Assembly (NCBI GenBank): GCA_041753095.1
Contig: JBGSVG010000130.1
Location: 1-51,238 of the forward strand
Direction of reading: 5' to 3'
Length of the DNA stretch: 51,238 nucleotides
From: Sphingorhabdus sp.
GTDB taxonomy: Bacteria > Pseudomonadota > Alphaproteobacteria > Sphingomonadales > Sphingomonadaceae
The translations under genes were made by a program, and so were the position numbers. The notes beneath the pieces were generated by a model that did no database searches, was not told the DNA's origin, and saw only the letters and a list, made by a program, of their open reading frames with translations. Positions within the stretch are counted from its first letter, which is position 1, and each line of letters begins with the position of its first letter. Positions 8,992 through 19,154 of the stretch are shown here, in pieces.

Positions 8992-9248
8992 AACGCAGGC
9001 TAAATCTGGACGGCTGAACCCCAGAATGCCATTAGCCCCTATTTGAAGGTGAGCAAAAGGGCAAGTTAGGCCGATACCAATCGGCGCTAATTTTCTTATG
9101 TGGCGACATAAAAAGGGTGGAGGTGCATCTGAATTTGGTCTAGCGCGCGTTGGATAGAATGAAGTTCTCGACAACCTTTGACGTCGCCCGTGATGAATGG
9201 TGCAATTTGCATTCCAAAAGCTCAAGGCCAATGGATACTAGGAAATAA

Positions 9249-11444
9249 ATGCTGCAGACTACCCCTCCCGTATCTCTCGGCGTGCCGACAAACGACATTT
9301 CAGACAATAGCCAGTCTAATCTCGCTCCGCCGATCTTGCTTCAATATTGGCAGATTGTACTGCGTTGGAAGTGGGTTATTGTTGCAATCGTTTTGACGAC
9401 GCTGGTTATTGGTATCGTGGCAACGCTTCTTACAACCCCGCAATATACCGCTAAGTCGCGAATTGAAATCAGCCGTGAGCAAAAAAACGTCACCAACGTA
9501 CAAGGCCTAGAATCCGCCGATTCTGCGCGTAATCTTGAATTTTATCAAACTCAGTATAACTTGCTGCAGGCAAGATCGTTGGCAGAGCGTGTTGCGAAGC
9601 AGCTCAGACTGTCGCAAAATAGCGAGTTTTTTGAAGCGCATGGCATCGATGTCACCGCAAATGCGCTCTTTGCTGCGAAAACGAGCGCGCAACTGACCCC
9701 TGCAGACAGGCAAAAGCGAGAAAAGCTGGCGACGGACTTGTTGTTGGGTAACTCCAATATTGCACCTATTCGTAACTCGGCCCTTGTCGATATCGAATAT
9801 ACGAGCGCATCTCCCACCTTGTCTGCACAAATAGCTAATAACTGGACTGAACAGTTCATTGTCCAAAGTATGAGCCGTAAATATTCGTCGACCGCCGATG
9901 CGAGAAAATTCCTTGAGGACCGGCTGGCGGACCTTAGGGTACGGCTTGAACAGTCAGAGCGAGACCTCGTCAATTATGCCACTGACAAGGGGATCGTTGC
10001 ACTCGGCAAAAGCAAAAGTGCCGATGGCAGAACCGAAGTCGAGCGGACACTTGTTTCAAGCGATCTGGAGGCTCTGAACATGACCCTGGCCGCGGCAACT
10101 GCCGATCGCATCGCAACTGAGAGCCGAGCCCGTGGAACTTCGGGCGGCGCAAATACCGACGCGCTCAACAACGCCGCAATTTCGCAACTTCGGCAGACTA
10201 GAGCCCAGGTAGGTGCTGAATATGCTAAACTGCTGGTTCAGTTTGAGCCTGGATATCCTTCGGTAAAAGCCCTTTCACAACAGCTTGCAGCACTTGATGC
10301 CAGCATCGCCCGCGAAGAATCAAGAGTCCAGGGTGGACGGTTGGCGCAATATCGCGAGGCGCTGAAAAGAGAGGCTGATCTGCGAAGCCAGGTAGACAAC
10401 CTGAAGGCTCTGATGAACAAACAGCAGAGAGACAGCATTCAATATAATATTTATCAGCGCGAAGCGGATACAAACCGCGAGTTATACGACGGACTTCTGC
10501 AGCGTTATAAGGAAATAGGTGTTGCCGGCGTTGGTGCTAACAACATTTCGGTGGTCGATGCTGCAAAAGTTCCCAGCCGACCATCGTCACCTAACCTTTT
10601 GTTAAATATTTTAATTTCCATAGTCGGCGGCTTGGGATTAGCGGTCCTAGCAGTCCTTGCCCTAGATCAGATTGACGAGGGTCTTCGCGAGCCCAGCCAA
10701 GTGAACCGACTTTTACAAACGCCTTTGCTCGGAAGTGTGCCTGATGCCGACGATGGCACTGCGCTCGAGCTTTTAAAAGATGCTAAATCAAGTTTATCAG
10801 AGGCTTATCTGAGCATAAGGTCCAACCTTGCCTTTTCGACCGACCATGGCGTGCCGCGCTCGTTCATGGTTACAAGTACCCGCCCCGCCGAAGGCAAGTC
10901 GACGACGGCTTTTGCGCTGGCAACCGTTCTGGGGCGTACTGGCAAAAGAGTATTGTTACTGGACGCCGACATGCGCTCGCCCTCGATGCATTCCTTCATT
11001 GGTAAAGCGAATGTTATGGGGCTGTCCAATTTTCTGGCTGGTGAGAATGAATGGGGCCAGTTTATTCTCAACACCGATCTTAAAGGGCTGAGCCTGATGC
11101 CTGCGGGCCCGACACCGCCTAGTGCAGCGGAGCTTTTGAGCAGCGACCGCATGTTGATGCTGATTCAACAACTTCAAGACAGTTTCGATCATATTGTGGT
11201 CGATGCGCCGCCAATTTTAGGCTTGGCGGATGCTCCGCTGCTGTCGAGAGCCGTCGAAGGAAGCGTGTTCGTTGTCGAGGCGGATGGTGTCGCTGTCCGT
11301 GGTGTCAAGGCGTCGCTCGGCCGATTGCAATCTGTCCACGCACATGTGTTCGGAGTGATCCTAACCAAACTTAAACATAAGCAAGCCGGGTATGGATACG
11401 GCTATGGCTATGGCTATGGATATGGTGGCGACGATTCCCGATAA
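9249..11444 (+). CDS. wzc: Polysaccharide co-polymerase / BY-kinase (Wzc/GumC family)
   Basis: Two TMs around a coiled-coil periplasmic domain; Walker A PAEGKST, A' LDADMR, B VVDAPP; C-terminal (GY)6 tyrosine cluster. Confidence 0.93.
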   Translation: MLQTTPPVSLGVPTNDISDNSQSNLAPPILLQYWQIVLRWKWVIVAIVLTTLVIGIVATLLTTPQYTAKSRIEISREQKNVTNVQGLESADSARNLEFYQTQYNLLQARSLAERVAKQLRLSQNSEFFEAHGIDVTANALFAAKTSAQLTPADRQKREKLATDLLLGNSNIAPIRNSALVDIEYTSASPTLSAQIANNWTEQFIVQSMSRKYSSTADARKFLEDRLADLRVRLEQSERDLVNYATDKGIVALGKSKSADGRTEVERTLVSSDLEALNMTLAAATADRIATESRARGTSGGANTDALNNAAISQLRQTRAQVGAEYAKLLVQFEPGYPSVKALSQQLAALDASIAREESRVQGGRLAQYREALKREADLRSQVDNLKALMNKQQRDSIQYNIYQREADTNRELYDGLLQRYKEIGVAGVGANNISVVDAAKVPSRPSSPNLLLNILISIVGGLGLAVLAVLALDQIDEGLREPSQVNRLLQTPLLGSVPDADDGTALELLKDAKSSLSEAYLSIRSNLAFSTDHGVPRSFMVTSTRPAEGKSTTAFALATVLGRTGKRVLLLDADMRSPSMHSFIGKANVMGLSNFLAGENEWGQFILNTDLKGLSLMPAGPTPPSAAELLSSDRMLMLIQQLQDSFDHIVVDAPPILGLADAPLLSRAVEGSVFVVEADGVAVRGVKASLGRLQSVHAHVFGVILTKLKHKQAGYGYGYGYGYGYGGDDSR

Positions 11445-11481
11445 ATAGGCTACGGTTTGCCAAACAGACCAGTGCCCTAAA

Positions 11482-11516
11482 TCGCCGCTGACCACCTACG
11501 AAAATGTCGGCGGCGA
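11482..11516. terminator. Stem-loop between the convergent wzc and rfbD genes
   Basis: tcgccgctgac / gtcggcggcga 11-bp inverted repeat with one G-U pair; no strong U tract. Confidence 0.4.
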
Positions 11517-11558
11517 CTGTCCTTTAAAAGGTCAATGACGCGCAGGCTTGTTTAGAGC

Positions 11559-12425
11559 CTACCCTGCCATTACCATCTGCATTTGCTGCTTAAGCATTAT
11601 ACGCAGGTTTTCGCGCCAGTGCGCACTGACGTCACCCAGCAAATCGCGCGTAAGCCCGTCGTTCAGCAAAGACAGCGCAGGTCTTTTCGCGGGTGTCGGA
11701 TATTGCTCAGTCGAGATCGGAACGACCGGAATTTTTCGGCTGAGCAATCCAATTGACAGCGCCTCTTCCTGAACGGCAACGGCAAAATCGTACCAACTGG
11801 CCACGCCGGCGTCGCTATGGTGGAGTATCCCGCTCCGATTTGTGTCTGTGAATTTCCAAAGGGTTTGAGCAAGGCCTGAAGCCCAGGTCGGGCATCCGAT
11901 CTGGTCGACAACTACTCGGATTTCTTCCCGTTTCCGCATCAAATCTAACATAGTATTGACGAAATTTGATGCCCCCGCAGCATATACCCAACTCGTGCGC
12001 ACAATCAAAGCTTTAGGGCCTGCCGCTACCTCTCCTGCTGCCTTCGACCTGCCATATGCGGACAAAGGACAGGTCCGATCATCGGGGCGATATGCGTGTG
12101 TACTGGACCCATCGAAAACGAAATCTGTGGAGATATGGATCAGCCGGCCACCATATCTTTGCAGCTCATTGGCCAAAACGCCGACGGCTGTTGCATTTAT
12201 GCATGTGGCGAGCGCTTCCTCGCTTTCGGCTCGATCAACTGCAGTATAGGCTGCTGCATTGATTACAACGTCTGGCAGATGCTTTTTGATTGCTCCCCGA
12301 ATAGAGCTCTCGTCTGAAAAATCACAGTCAGATCGGTTGAGGCCGACAACATGCGTGCTTTCAGGCGCTGAGCCAAGCAACGCGCGTCCTACCTGGCCGT
12401 CTATACCAGTGACTAACACTTTCAT
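11559..12425 (-). CDS. rfbD: dTDP-4-dehydrorhamnose reductase
   Basis: GxxGQVG, NAAAYTAVDRAE, HISTDFVF, YGRSK motifs. Confidence 0.95.
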   Translation of the reverse strand: MKVLVTGIDGQVGRALLGSAPESTHVVGLNRSDCDFSDESSIRGAIKKHLPDVVINAAAYTAVDRAESEEALATCINATAVGVLANELQRYGGRLIHISTDFVFDGSSTHAYRPDDRTCPLSAYGRSKAAGEVAAGPKALIVRTSWVYAAGASNFVNTMLDLMRKREEIRVVVDQIGCPTWASGLAQTLWKFTDTNRSGILHHSDAGVASWYDFAVAVQEEALSIGLLSRKIPVVPISTEQYPTPAKRPALSLLNDGLTRDLLGDVSAHWRENLRIMLKQQMQMVMAG

Positions 12426-12967
12426 GGCAACGCATCCAGTTCGTCCAAATTAAGGCCAGCAACGTCTTTTGAGGACAATTGTGGTTCGATGCCATCCAAG
12501 GGCCATTCAATTGCGACAACAGGGTCGTTCCAAGCAAGGGAATGCTCATATTGCGGGGCGTAGGGCGCTGTACACTTGTACAAAAAGTCTGTGCCATCAA
12601 CCAAGGTGAGAAAGCCATGGGCGAAGCCTTCCGGAACCCAGAGCATGCGCTTATTGGCGGCTGACAATTCGAGGCCAAACCACTTCCCGAAATTTGCAGA
12701 TGACCGCCGAACGTCAACCACAACGTCCCATACAGCGCCGCTAGTAACGCGAACAAGCTTCCCTTGTGGGCACGGGTTTTGAAAGTGCAACCCTCTCAAT
12801 ACCCCCCTGCTAGAACGACTGTGATTATCCTGAACGAAATTATAATCCAATCCAGCTTGGTCAAAAAGTAATGCATTCCAGCTCTCTAAAAAAAAGCCAC
12901 GATCGTCACCATAAACTTTCGGCTCAATAATCAACGGTCCAGAAATACTACATTCAATTATATTCAT
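12422..12967 (-). CDS. rfbC: dTDP-4-dehydrorhamnose 3,5-epimerase
   Basis: DDRGFF, QDNHSRS, LRGLHFQ, GFAHGF motifs. Confidence 0.96.
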   Translation of the reverse strand: MNIIECSISGPLIIEPKVYGDDRGFFLESWNALLFDQAGLDYNFVQDNHSRSSRGVLRGLHFQNPCPQGKLVRVTSGAVWDVVVDVRRSSANFGKWFGLELSAANKRMLWVPEGFAHGFLTLVDGTDFLYKCTAPYAPQYEHSLAWNDPVVAIEWPLDGIEPQLSSKDVAGLNLDELDALP

Positions 12968-13083
12968 GTCTTCCTCGATATTTTTATATCACCCGCGATC
13001 ATCAATTCTATTTTTTAATTCAATTTAGATTTCATTAAAGGCCTTGATTTAGGCATTTTGCCAAAAGGCACATTATGCGTTCT

Positions 13084-13959
13084 TTACTGCAATAACCCCA
13101 TCAAATATGCCCCATAAGCATTTTTGCGCAAAGGTTCGGCCGCAGCGCGCAGTTGTTCCTCACCGATCCAACCCTGTCGAAACGCAATTTCTTCGGGACA
13201 GGCTACTTGCAACCCTTGGCGTTTTTGCAGAGTTGCAATGAAGCTTGCTGCTTCCAGAAGACTGTCGTGGGTGCCGGTATCAAGCCACGCATAGCCGCGC
13301 CCCATTATTTCGACATTTAACGTCCCTTGCTCCAAATAACATCGATTGACGTCGGTTATTTCAAGTTCGCCACGCTCTGATGGCTTTATATCCGCAGCAA
13401 TGTCACAAACTTGCTCATCATAAAAATACAAACCCGTTACCGCATAATTGCTCTTGGGCTGTTGCGGCTTTTCCTCAATGCTAATCGCGCGTTGCTGGGA
13501 ATCAAATTCGACCACCCCGTAACGATCCGGATCTTGCACATGATAGGCAAATACGCTTGCCCCCGACTTGCGCTCGCCCGCTTGTAGCAACTGTTTGGGC
13601 AGATCATGGCCGTAAAAAATATTATCACCCAAAATCAATGCGCTGGGATTGTTACCCACAAAGTCCCGGCCAATTACGAAGGCCTGCGCCAACCCGTCCG
13701 GACTGGGCTGCACTTCATACTGAATATTCATCCCCCAACGCGCGCCATCGCCCAACAATTCCGCAAATCGCGGTGTATCTTCAGGCGTGCTAATGACAAG
13801 TATGTCGCGGATACCAGCCAGCATTAGAGTGGTGAGCGGATAATAGACCATAGGCTTATCATATATGGGCATCAGTTGTTTGCTGACGACTTGTGTTACC
13901 GGATACAGCCTAGTCCCCGAACCTCCTGCCAGAATTATTCCTTTGCGATTGAGTATCAT
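13084..13959 (-). CDS. rfbA: Glucose-1-phosphate thymidylyltransferase
   Basis: [32 protein letters not shown] motifs. Confidence 0.97.
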   Translation of the reverse strand: MILNRKGIILAGGSGTRLYPVTQVVSKQLMPIYDKPMVYYPLTTLMLAGIRDILVISTPEDTPRFAELLGDGARWGMNIQYEVQPSPDGLAQAFVIGRDFVGNNPSALILGDNIFYGHDLPKQLLQAGERKSGASVFAYHVQDPDRYGVVEFDSQQRAISIEEKPQQPKSNYAVTGLYFYDEQVCDIAADIKPSERGELEITDVNRCYLEQGTLNVEIMGRGYAWLDTGTHDSLLEAASFIATLQKRQGLQVACPEEIAFRQGWIGEEQLRAAAEPLRKNAYGAYLMGLLQ

Positions 13960-14112
13960 TTCATTGCCTTGTTATTTAATCGAGGAGAAGTGTATTTCTG
14001 TAAAATATCGGCTATTTAAAGTATTCTGGCGACTTATTTAATTAAGTCAGTTCAAACTGACAAAACTATGCGCGATATCGCGACATGAGCAGCTTTCCGG
14101 GCGCCGGGGTTT

Positions 14113-15177
14113 TTAAACAGTCCCGGCATAATGTTTATCGACCCAGTCAAGATATGAGCCATTTTGCACCCGCGTTACCCAGTCGGAGTTGTCCAGATAC
14201 CATAATATTGTCTTGCGAATGCCTGTTTCAAAAGTTTCAGTCGGCGTCCAGCCTAGTTCACGTTCGATCTTGCGCGCATCTATCGCATAACGGCGATCAT
14301 GCCCTGGGCGGTCATCCACGAATGTAATCTGCGCCTTATAACTGTGTCCATCGGCTTTCGGGCGTAGTTCATCCAGTAAAGCGCAGATATGATCTACTAT
14401 TTCGATGTTCGGTTTTTCGTTCCAGCCGCCTACATTGTAAGTTTCGCCAACATTTCCTGCTTCCATCACCCGCCGGATGGCGCTGCAATGATCCTTGACA
14501 TATAACCAATCGCGTACCTGCATTCCATCGCCGTAAACGGGCAAAGGCTTTCCCGCGAGCGCGTTGACGATCATCAGCGGAATGAGCTTTTCCGGAAAAT
14601 GGTAAGGTCCGTAATTGTTGCTACAATTGGTTGTCAGCACCGGCAAATCATATGTGTGGTGCCATGCGCGAACAAGATGGTCGCTGGCTGCCTTGCTTGC
14701 GCTGTAGGGGCTGTTCGGAGCAAAGCTGTGGTTTTCGGTAAATGGTGGCGCGTCGGCGGACAATGTGCCGTACACCTCATCGGTACTAACGTGCAAAAAG
14801 CGGAATGAATCTTTATCGGCTTCATTCATTCTGCTCCAATAAGACCGCACTGCCTCGAGCAAGCGGAAAGTGCCGACGATGTTCGTTTGAACAAAGTCTT
14901 CGGGACCGTGAATCGAACGGTCGACATGACTTTCGGCTGCAAAGTTAACGACGGCACGGGGGCGGTGCTCTGCCAGCAATTGATCGACCAATACACGGTC
15001 GCCAAGGTCGCCATGCACGAATATATGACGTGGGTCGTTGCTCAACGTCGCCAAGTTTTCCAGATTGCCAGCATACGTCAACTTGTCGAGATTCACGATT
15101 GGCTCGTCTTTGTGATCGAGCCAGTCGAGAATGAAATTGCTGCCGATAAATCCGGCACCTCCTGTTACGATAATCAT
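14113..15177 (-). CDS. rfbB: dTDP-glucose 4,6-dehydratase
   Basis: [39 protein letters not shown] motifs. Confidence 0.97.
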   Translation of the reverse strand: MIIVTGGAGFIGSNFILDWLDHKDEPIVNLDKLTYAGNLENLATLSNDPRHIFVHGDLGDRVLVDQLLAEHRPRAVVNFAAESHVDRSIHGPEDFVQTNIVGTFRLLEAVRSYWSRMNEADKDSFRFLHVSTDEVYGTLSADAPPFTENHSFAPNSPYSASKAASDHLVRAWHHTYDLPVLTTNCSNNYGPYHFPEKLIPLMIVNALAGKPLPVYGDGMQVRDWLYVKDHCSAIRRVMEAGNVGETYNVGGWNEKPNIEIVDHICALLDELRPKADGHSYKAQITFVDDRPGHDRRYAIDARKIERELGWTPTETFETGIRKTILWYLDNSDWVTRVQNGSYLDWVDKHYAGTV

Positions 15178-15674
15178 TTTTGCTCCAAATGCTGTGCTTG
15201 TTCGACGAGATATTTTAGATATTTGGTTGCCTCGACAGAATTTTCAGGAGGCGCCCATTCTGCCGGCTCCTTCGGCTTGGAAGGATCAAAGGGTCCTGCT
15301 TTCACTTCAAGCAATATGCTGCCGGGTCGCAAAGCGATAACGGTGTGCCATTCAAGCGGCGATACTTCGATTGCGCTGCAACTGCCAACGTCAAATTTTT
15401 CGGTCGCCAGCTTCACAATGTTCTTCACCTCGCCTAGATTATCGAATGTGATGAGGACCATGACACCGCGAATTGCGACAAGCAGTTCGTCGCGAGGATC
15501 CAATGCATGCCGGTGCGGTCTTATGTAGCTGCCAGGCTCAATAGCATTGAACAGGCGCTGGCAATTATCCTGATAATCGACGTGGATATTCCGATGTTGC
15601 CGGAGACGAGGACTATTAAACGCCGTCGCGGTTAAAGCATCGAAAAACTTGGCCTCGAACAATTTAGATTTCAT
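15174..15674 (-). CDS. wbuC: WbuC-family cupin-fold protein
   Basis: [35 protein letters not shown] motifs; lies next to the wbuB-like gene. Confidence 0.85.
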   Translation of the reverse strand: MKSKLFEAKFFDALTATAFNSPRLRQHRNIHVDYQDNCQRLFNAIEPGSYIRPHRHALDPRDELLVAIRGVMVLITFDNLGEVKNIVKLATEKFDVGSCSAIEVSPLEWHTVIALRPGSILLEVKAGPFDPSKPKEPAEWAPPENSVEATKYLKYLVEQAQHLEQK

Positions 15675-15686
15675 GCGATGCCCAAG

Positions 15687-16892
15687 CTAGCCCGATAACG
15701 CCGACACGATTTGACGAACCGCCTTTTCGACCGAAAACTCACGCAAGAAAAACTGTTGGCAGCGCGTTTTCAATTCAAGATCTGTATCGACTTGCACCAG
15801 AATTTTCTCAGCCTTTGCCTTCAATTCGGCTATATCATTGCTGTCGCAGACCTGCCCTAATCGCGCATCGCGTATCATATTTGCCAAGTCATTTCCTGAA
15901 TTAATGTTCGCAATCACCGGTAGGCCGCTTTGCATATAAGTCAGAAATTTACCTGGGATATTATGCGACTTATGCCTGAAATCTAACGTTACGATTCCAA
16001 CGTCGCACTGTGAATAAAGGTCCGGAATTTCGTCTGGATGGATCTCTTCAAAAAATAGCACATTGTTCAGTTTTTTTTCACGAGCAATATTCCTCAGTCG
16101 GCTTAGATCGCTCCCTCGACCGACGAATATAAACCCAACGTCTTCCCGTGTTGACAAAGCCTCTGCCAGCTCAAGGATAACCCCCATGCCTTGCGCGACA
16201 CCCATATTGCCAGCGTAAACAAACAGCTTACGTCCGGCGAGTGTCGTTTCACTGACTCGAATCGGGCATCGCACACGCGCTGGCGCATCCAGCCAGTTTG
16301 ACAAAATTTCGAGAGTACGCCCTGATTTGCTCTCCCAATCTTTGAAGTAGGAGAGATTGCCTGAGGTCTGTACGCCAATGACATCCGCCACAGAATATTG
16401 GTATCGCGCCACGCTTCGGAAAAAAAAATAGGGCAGGCCGCGCCGCATAAGCCCCATATCAACCGCCCATTCCGGAAATATGTCTCGAATAATCAGATAA
16501 CCTTTGCAGTTGCTGGCATTTTTCAGAGAGCTTGCCAAAGGACCATGAAATATCGACGGCGCGTACCATATAATGCCCGTCCAATTTTCATTGGCGAGCG
16601 GACTTTTGCGCAAATTTCGGCGCATCGCAAAAGGCATCAGCCACTCACCAATAGTTCGCCGGACATAGTTCAGGTCTTTCGTTTTTGGAGCTTTCAGTCG
16701 CAAAATGTGAACGCCATCAACTGAGTCTAGCCGCCAGGATTCCGCTTGTTCGGGTGACGGAAGAATTACGGTCAACGCGTGTCCCTGCCGGACAAACTCA
16801 CGCGAAAGGTCGCGCAACTGCACGGCGCCTGACGTACGATGGGGCGGAAAGGTGTCCGCGATCAACGCGATACGCGAGCGCGCCGTCATCAA
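15687..16892 (-). CDS. wbuB: GT4 glycosyltransferase, WbuB-like (probable L-FucNAc transferase)
   Basis: DIFPEWA, YAGNMGVAQG, PGKFLTYM motifs; directly follows fnlABC. Confidence 0.8.
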   Translation of the reverse strand: MMTARSRIALIADTFPPHRTSGAVQLRDLSREFVRQGHALTVILPSPEQAESWRLDSVDGVHILRLKAPKTKDLNYVRRTIGEWLMPFAMRRNLRKSPLANENWTGIIWYAPSIFHGPLASSLKNASNCKGYLIIRDIFPEWAVDMGLMRRGLPYFFFRSVARYQYSVADVIGVQTSGNLSYFKDWESKSGRTLEILSNWLDAPARVRCPIRVSETTLAGRKLFVYAGNMGVAQGMGVILELAEALSTREDVGFIFVGRGSDLSRLRNIAREKKLNNVLFFEEIHPDEIPDLYSQCDVGIVTLDFRHKSHNIPGKFLTYMQSGLPVIANINSGNDLANMIRDARLGQVCDSNDIAELKAKAEKILVQVDTDLELKTRCQQFFLREFSVEKAVRQIVSALSG

Positions 16893-18025
16893 TATTGCTT
16901 CCAGACGACCCGCTTCACATAGTCTGTATAGCTGTGAATGATGCGTACAATCTTGTCACTTACATTGTCGGTGTCATAATCACCAACCAGTCGCAATGTT
17001 CGCTCATGCCCTCTGGACTGGCCTTCTAAAATAGCCAGCCCCTGATGAACGCGGTCCACTTCGAGCCCAACCATCATGACGGCCGCCTCCTCCATGCCTT
17101 CGGGACGCTCGTGCGCTTCTCGCAAATTCAGTGCGGGAAAGTTCAGAATAGACGACTCTTCATTTATTGTGCCGCTGTCAGACAGCACAGCTTTCGCGTT
17201 GAGCTGAAGTTTGATATAATCGTGAAATCCTAAAGGTTTGAGTAAACGGACTTGTGGATGAAATGTTATTCCGGCGACATCGACCCGCTTTTTAGTACGC
17301 GGATGCGTCGAAACAATTACAGGCAGGCCATAAGATTCAGCAACTGAATTCAAAACTTGGACGAGCTTATTAAAACTGCTGTCAGATTCTATATTCTCTT
17401 CGCGATGGGCGCTAACCACGAAATACTGCTCTTCAGCTAATTCAAGTCGCTTGATTACGCCTGACGCTTGAATTTGCGGCATAAAGTGGTGGAGCACTTC
17501 ATACATGGGGCTGCCGACCTTAATGACCTGATCGGGAGCCAAGCCCTCACGAAGCAAATACTCTCTGGCAATAGTGCTGTAAGTCAGATTTATATCCGAC
17601 GTATGATCCACAATACGCCGATTGGTTTCCTCGGGCACCCTTTGATCAAAGCACCGATTACCCGCTTCCATATGAAAAATCGGAATATGGCGCCGCTTAG
17701 CTGGGATAACAGCCAAACAACTATTCGTGTCGCCGAGTACCAGCAGCGCTTCGGGCTGCTCCTGCACCAATACTTTATCCACTGCTGTAATCAAATTACC
17801 GATTGTATTGGCAGCACTTTCGCTACCGTCGGCGCTATTAAGAAAATAATCGGGTTTACGAATAGATAGATCGTCAAAGAAAACCTGATTCAATTCATAG
17901 TCATAATTTTGTCCGGTATGTACAAGGACATGATCGCAATGTCTGTCCAGCGCCGGGATTACGCGAGATAATCTGATGATTTCGGGTCTCGTTCCAACTA
18001 CGGATATAATCTTAAGTTTTTTCAT
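16889..18025 (-). CDS. fnlC: UDP-sugar 2-epimerase, non-hydrolysing (FnlC/WbjD/CapG)
   Basis: GTRPEIIRL, HTGQNYD, HMEAGNRCFD, SDSGTINEES, HERPEG motifs; ATG at 18025. Confidence 0.92.
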   Translation of the reverse strand: MKKLKIISVVGTRPEIIRLSRVIPALDRHCDHVLVHTGQNYDYELNQVFFDDLSIRKPDYFLNSADGSESAANTIGNLITAVDKVLVQEQPEALLVLGDTNSCLAVIPAKRRHIPIFHMEAGNRCFDQRVPEETNRRIVDHTSDINLTYSTIAREYLLREGLAPDQVIKVGSPMYEVLHHFMPQIQASGVIKRLELAEEQYFVVSAHREENIESDSSFNKLVQVLNSVAESYGLPVIVSTHPRTKKRVDVAGITFHPQVRLLKPLGFHDYIKLQLNAKAVLSDSGTINEESSILNFPALNLREAHERPEGMEEAAVMMVGLEVDRVHQGLAILEGQSRGHERTLRLVGDYDTDNVSDKIVRIIHSYTDYVKRVVWKQY

Positions 18026-18035
18026 GCCTGTACCC

Positions 18036-19151
18036 TTATACCGCACAAGCAAACGTGTCGGGTTTGGATCGATCAAATATTTCGTTTGCCCAAAGCATCA
18101 CTAGCATTTCCTCACTGCCGATGTTGGTAATATCATGAGTCCAGCCTGGCACCGTTTCGACGATCTCTGCTTTGCTGCCAGTCGTTTCCAGCTCGTGGAT
18201 TTCGCCCGATAGCAAATGTCGGAAGCGGAATCGGGCACGTCCCTTTATCACCAAAAATTTTTCTGTCTTGCTGTGGTGATAATGTCCGCCCCGCGTGACT
18301 CCTGCATGGGCGGTAAAATAAGAAAACTGTCCACTATCGGGAGTCTTTAACATTTCTACAAACACGCCTCGATCATCGCCATGCTGCGGAACCGCATAGG
18401 TGAACTGCTCTTTGGGTAGATAGCTCAAGTACGTAGAATAAAGTGCCCTTATCAAACCCGTTCCGACGCGATCAATTTGGAGATTGGACCGGCTGCTTCT
18501 GAAAGCGTTGATCTGGTCGGCCAGCTCCCCAACGGTGATACTGTATTGCGGCGTTACCGACTCGAACCGATTCTTGTGAGTTGCATCACGTCCATGATCC
18601 ATAATGTCGATGAATTGTTCGACGACATCATCGACGTAGACCAACGTCAGAACCGCAGAAGCATCGTTAATCTGCACGGGCAAGCAATGGGCAATATTAT
18701 GACAGAATGTAGCAACGACCGAATTATAGTTTGGCCTTGACCATTTGCCGAAAACGTTTGGCAGACGGAAAATATATACGGAGGTGTCGAATTTAGACTG
18801 GAGCTCAAATAAAGCGTTTTCTGCCGCCCTTTTACTGACCCCATATTGATTATCCAGAGCGGCCTGGCTGGACGATGTGTAAATTACAGGAACATTTCGA
18901 CCCGACATGGCAATAGCATTGCACAGGGATTCGGTAAGGTTCTGATTTCCGGTTACGAATTCTTTCGGATCCGCCGGTCGGTTAACCCCTGCCAGATGGA
19001 AAACAAAATCCACGTCTTTCATGATGTCGGGCAGGGTGGATTCGGCGCTATCGCGGGTATAATTTACGATTTCCAAATCGGAGCGCTCTGCAAGCCTGAC
19101 CTGCAAGTTCTGGCCGATAAATCCCGCGCCGCCGGTAATCAATACCTTCAT
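18036..19151 (-). CDS. fnlB: UDP-2-acetamido-2,6-dideoxy-hexulose reductase with C-terminal cupin (FnlB/WbjC/CapF)
   Basis: HLAGVNRP, PNYNSVVATFC, RGGHYHHSKTEKF motifs. Confidence 0.92.
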   Translation of the reverse strand: MKVLITGGAGFIGQNLQVRLAERSDLEIVNYTRDSAESTLPDIMKDVDFVFHLAGVNRPADPKEFVTGNQNLTESLCNAIAMSGRNVPVIYTSSSQAALDNQYGVSKRAAENALFELQSKFDTSVYIFRLPNVFGKWSRPNYNSVVATFCHNIAHCLPVQINDASAVLTLVYVDDVVEQFIDIMDHGRDATHKNRFESVTPQYSITVGELADQINAFRSSRSNLQIDRVGTGLIRALYSTYLSYLPKEQFTYAVPQHGDDRGVFVEMLKTPDSGQFSYFTAHAGVTRGGHYHHSKTEKFLVIKGRARFRFRHLLSGEIHELETTGSKAEIVETVPGWTHDITNIGSEEMLVMLWANEIFDRSKPDTFACAV

Positions 19152-19154
19152 GTC

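Noticed and set aside
11388-11429. GGCTAT-like hexamer repeat as a contingency microsatellite
   Set aside because: It encodes the normal Wzc C-terminal tyrosine cluster, with varied synonymous codons.
13960-14112. Possible rfbD remnant between rfbB and rfbA
   Set aside because: I saw no RmlD-like peptide in the spacer, and an intact rfbD lies at 11559-12425.
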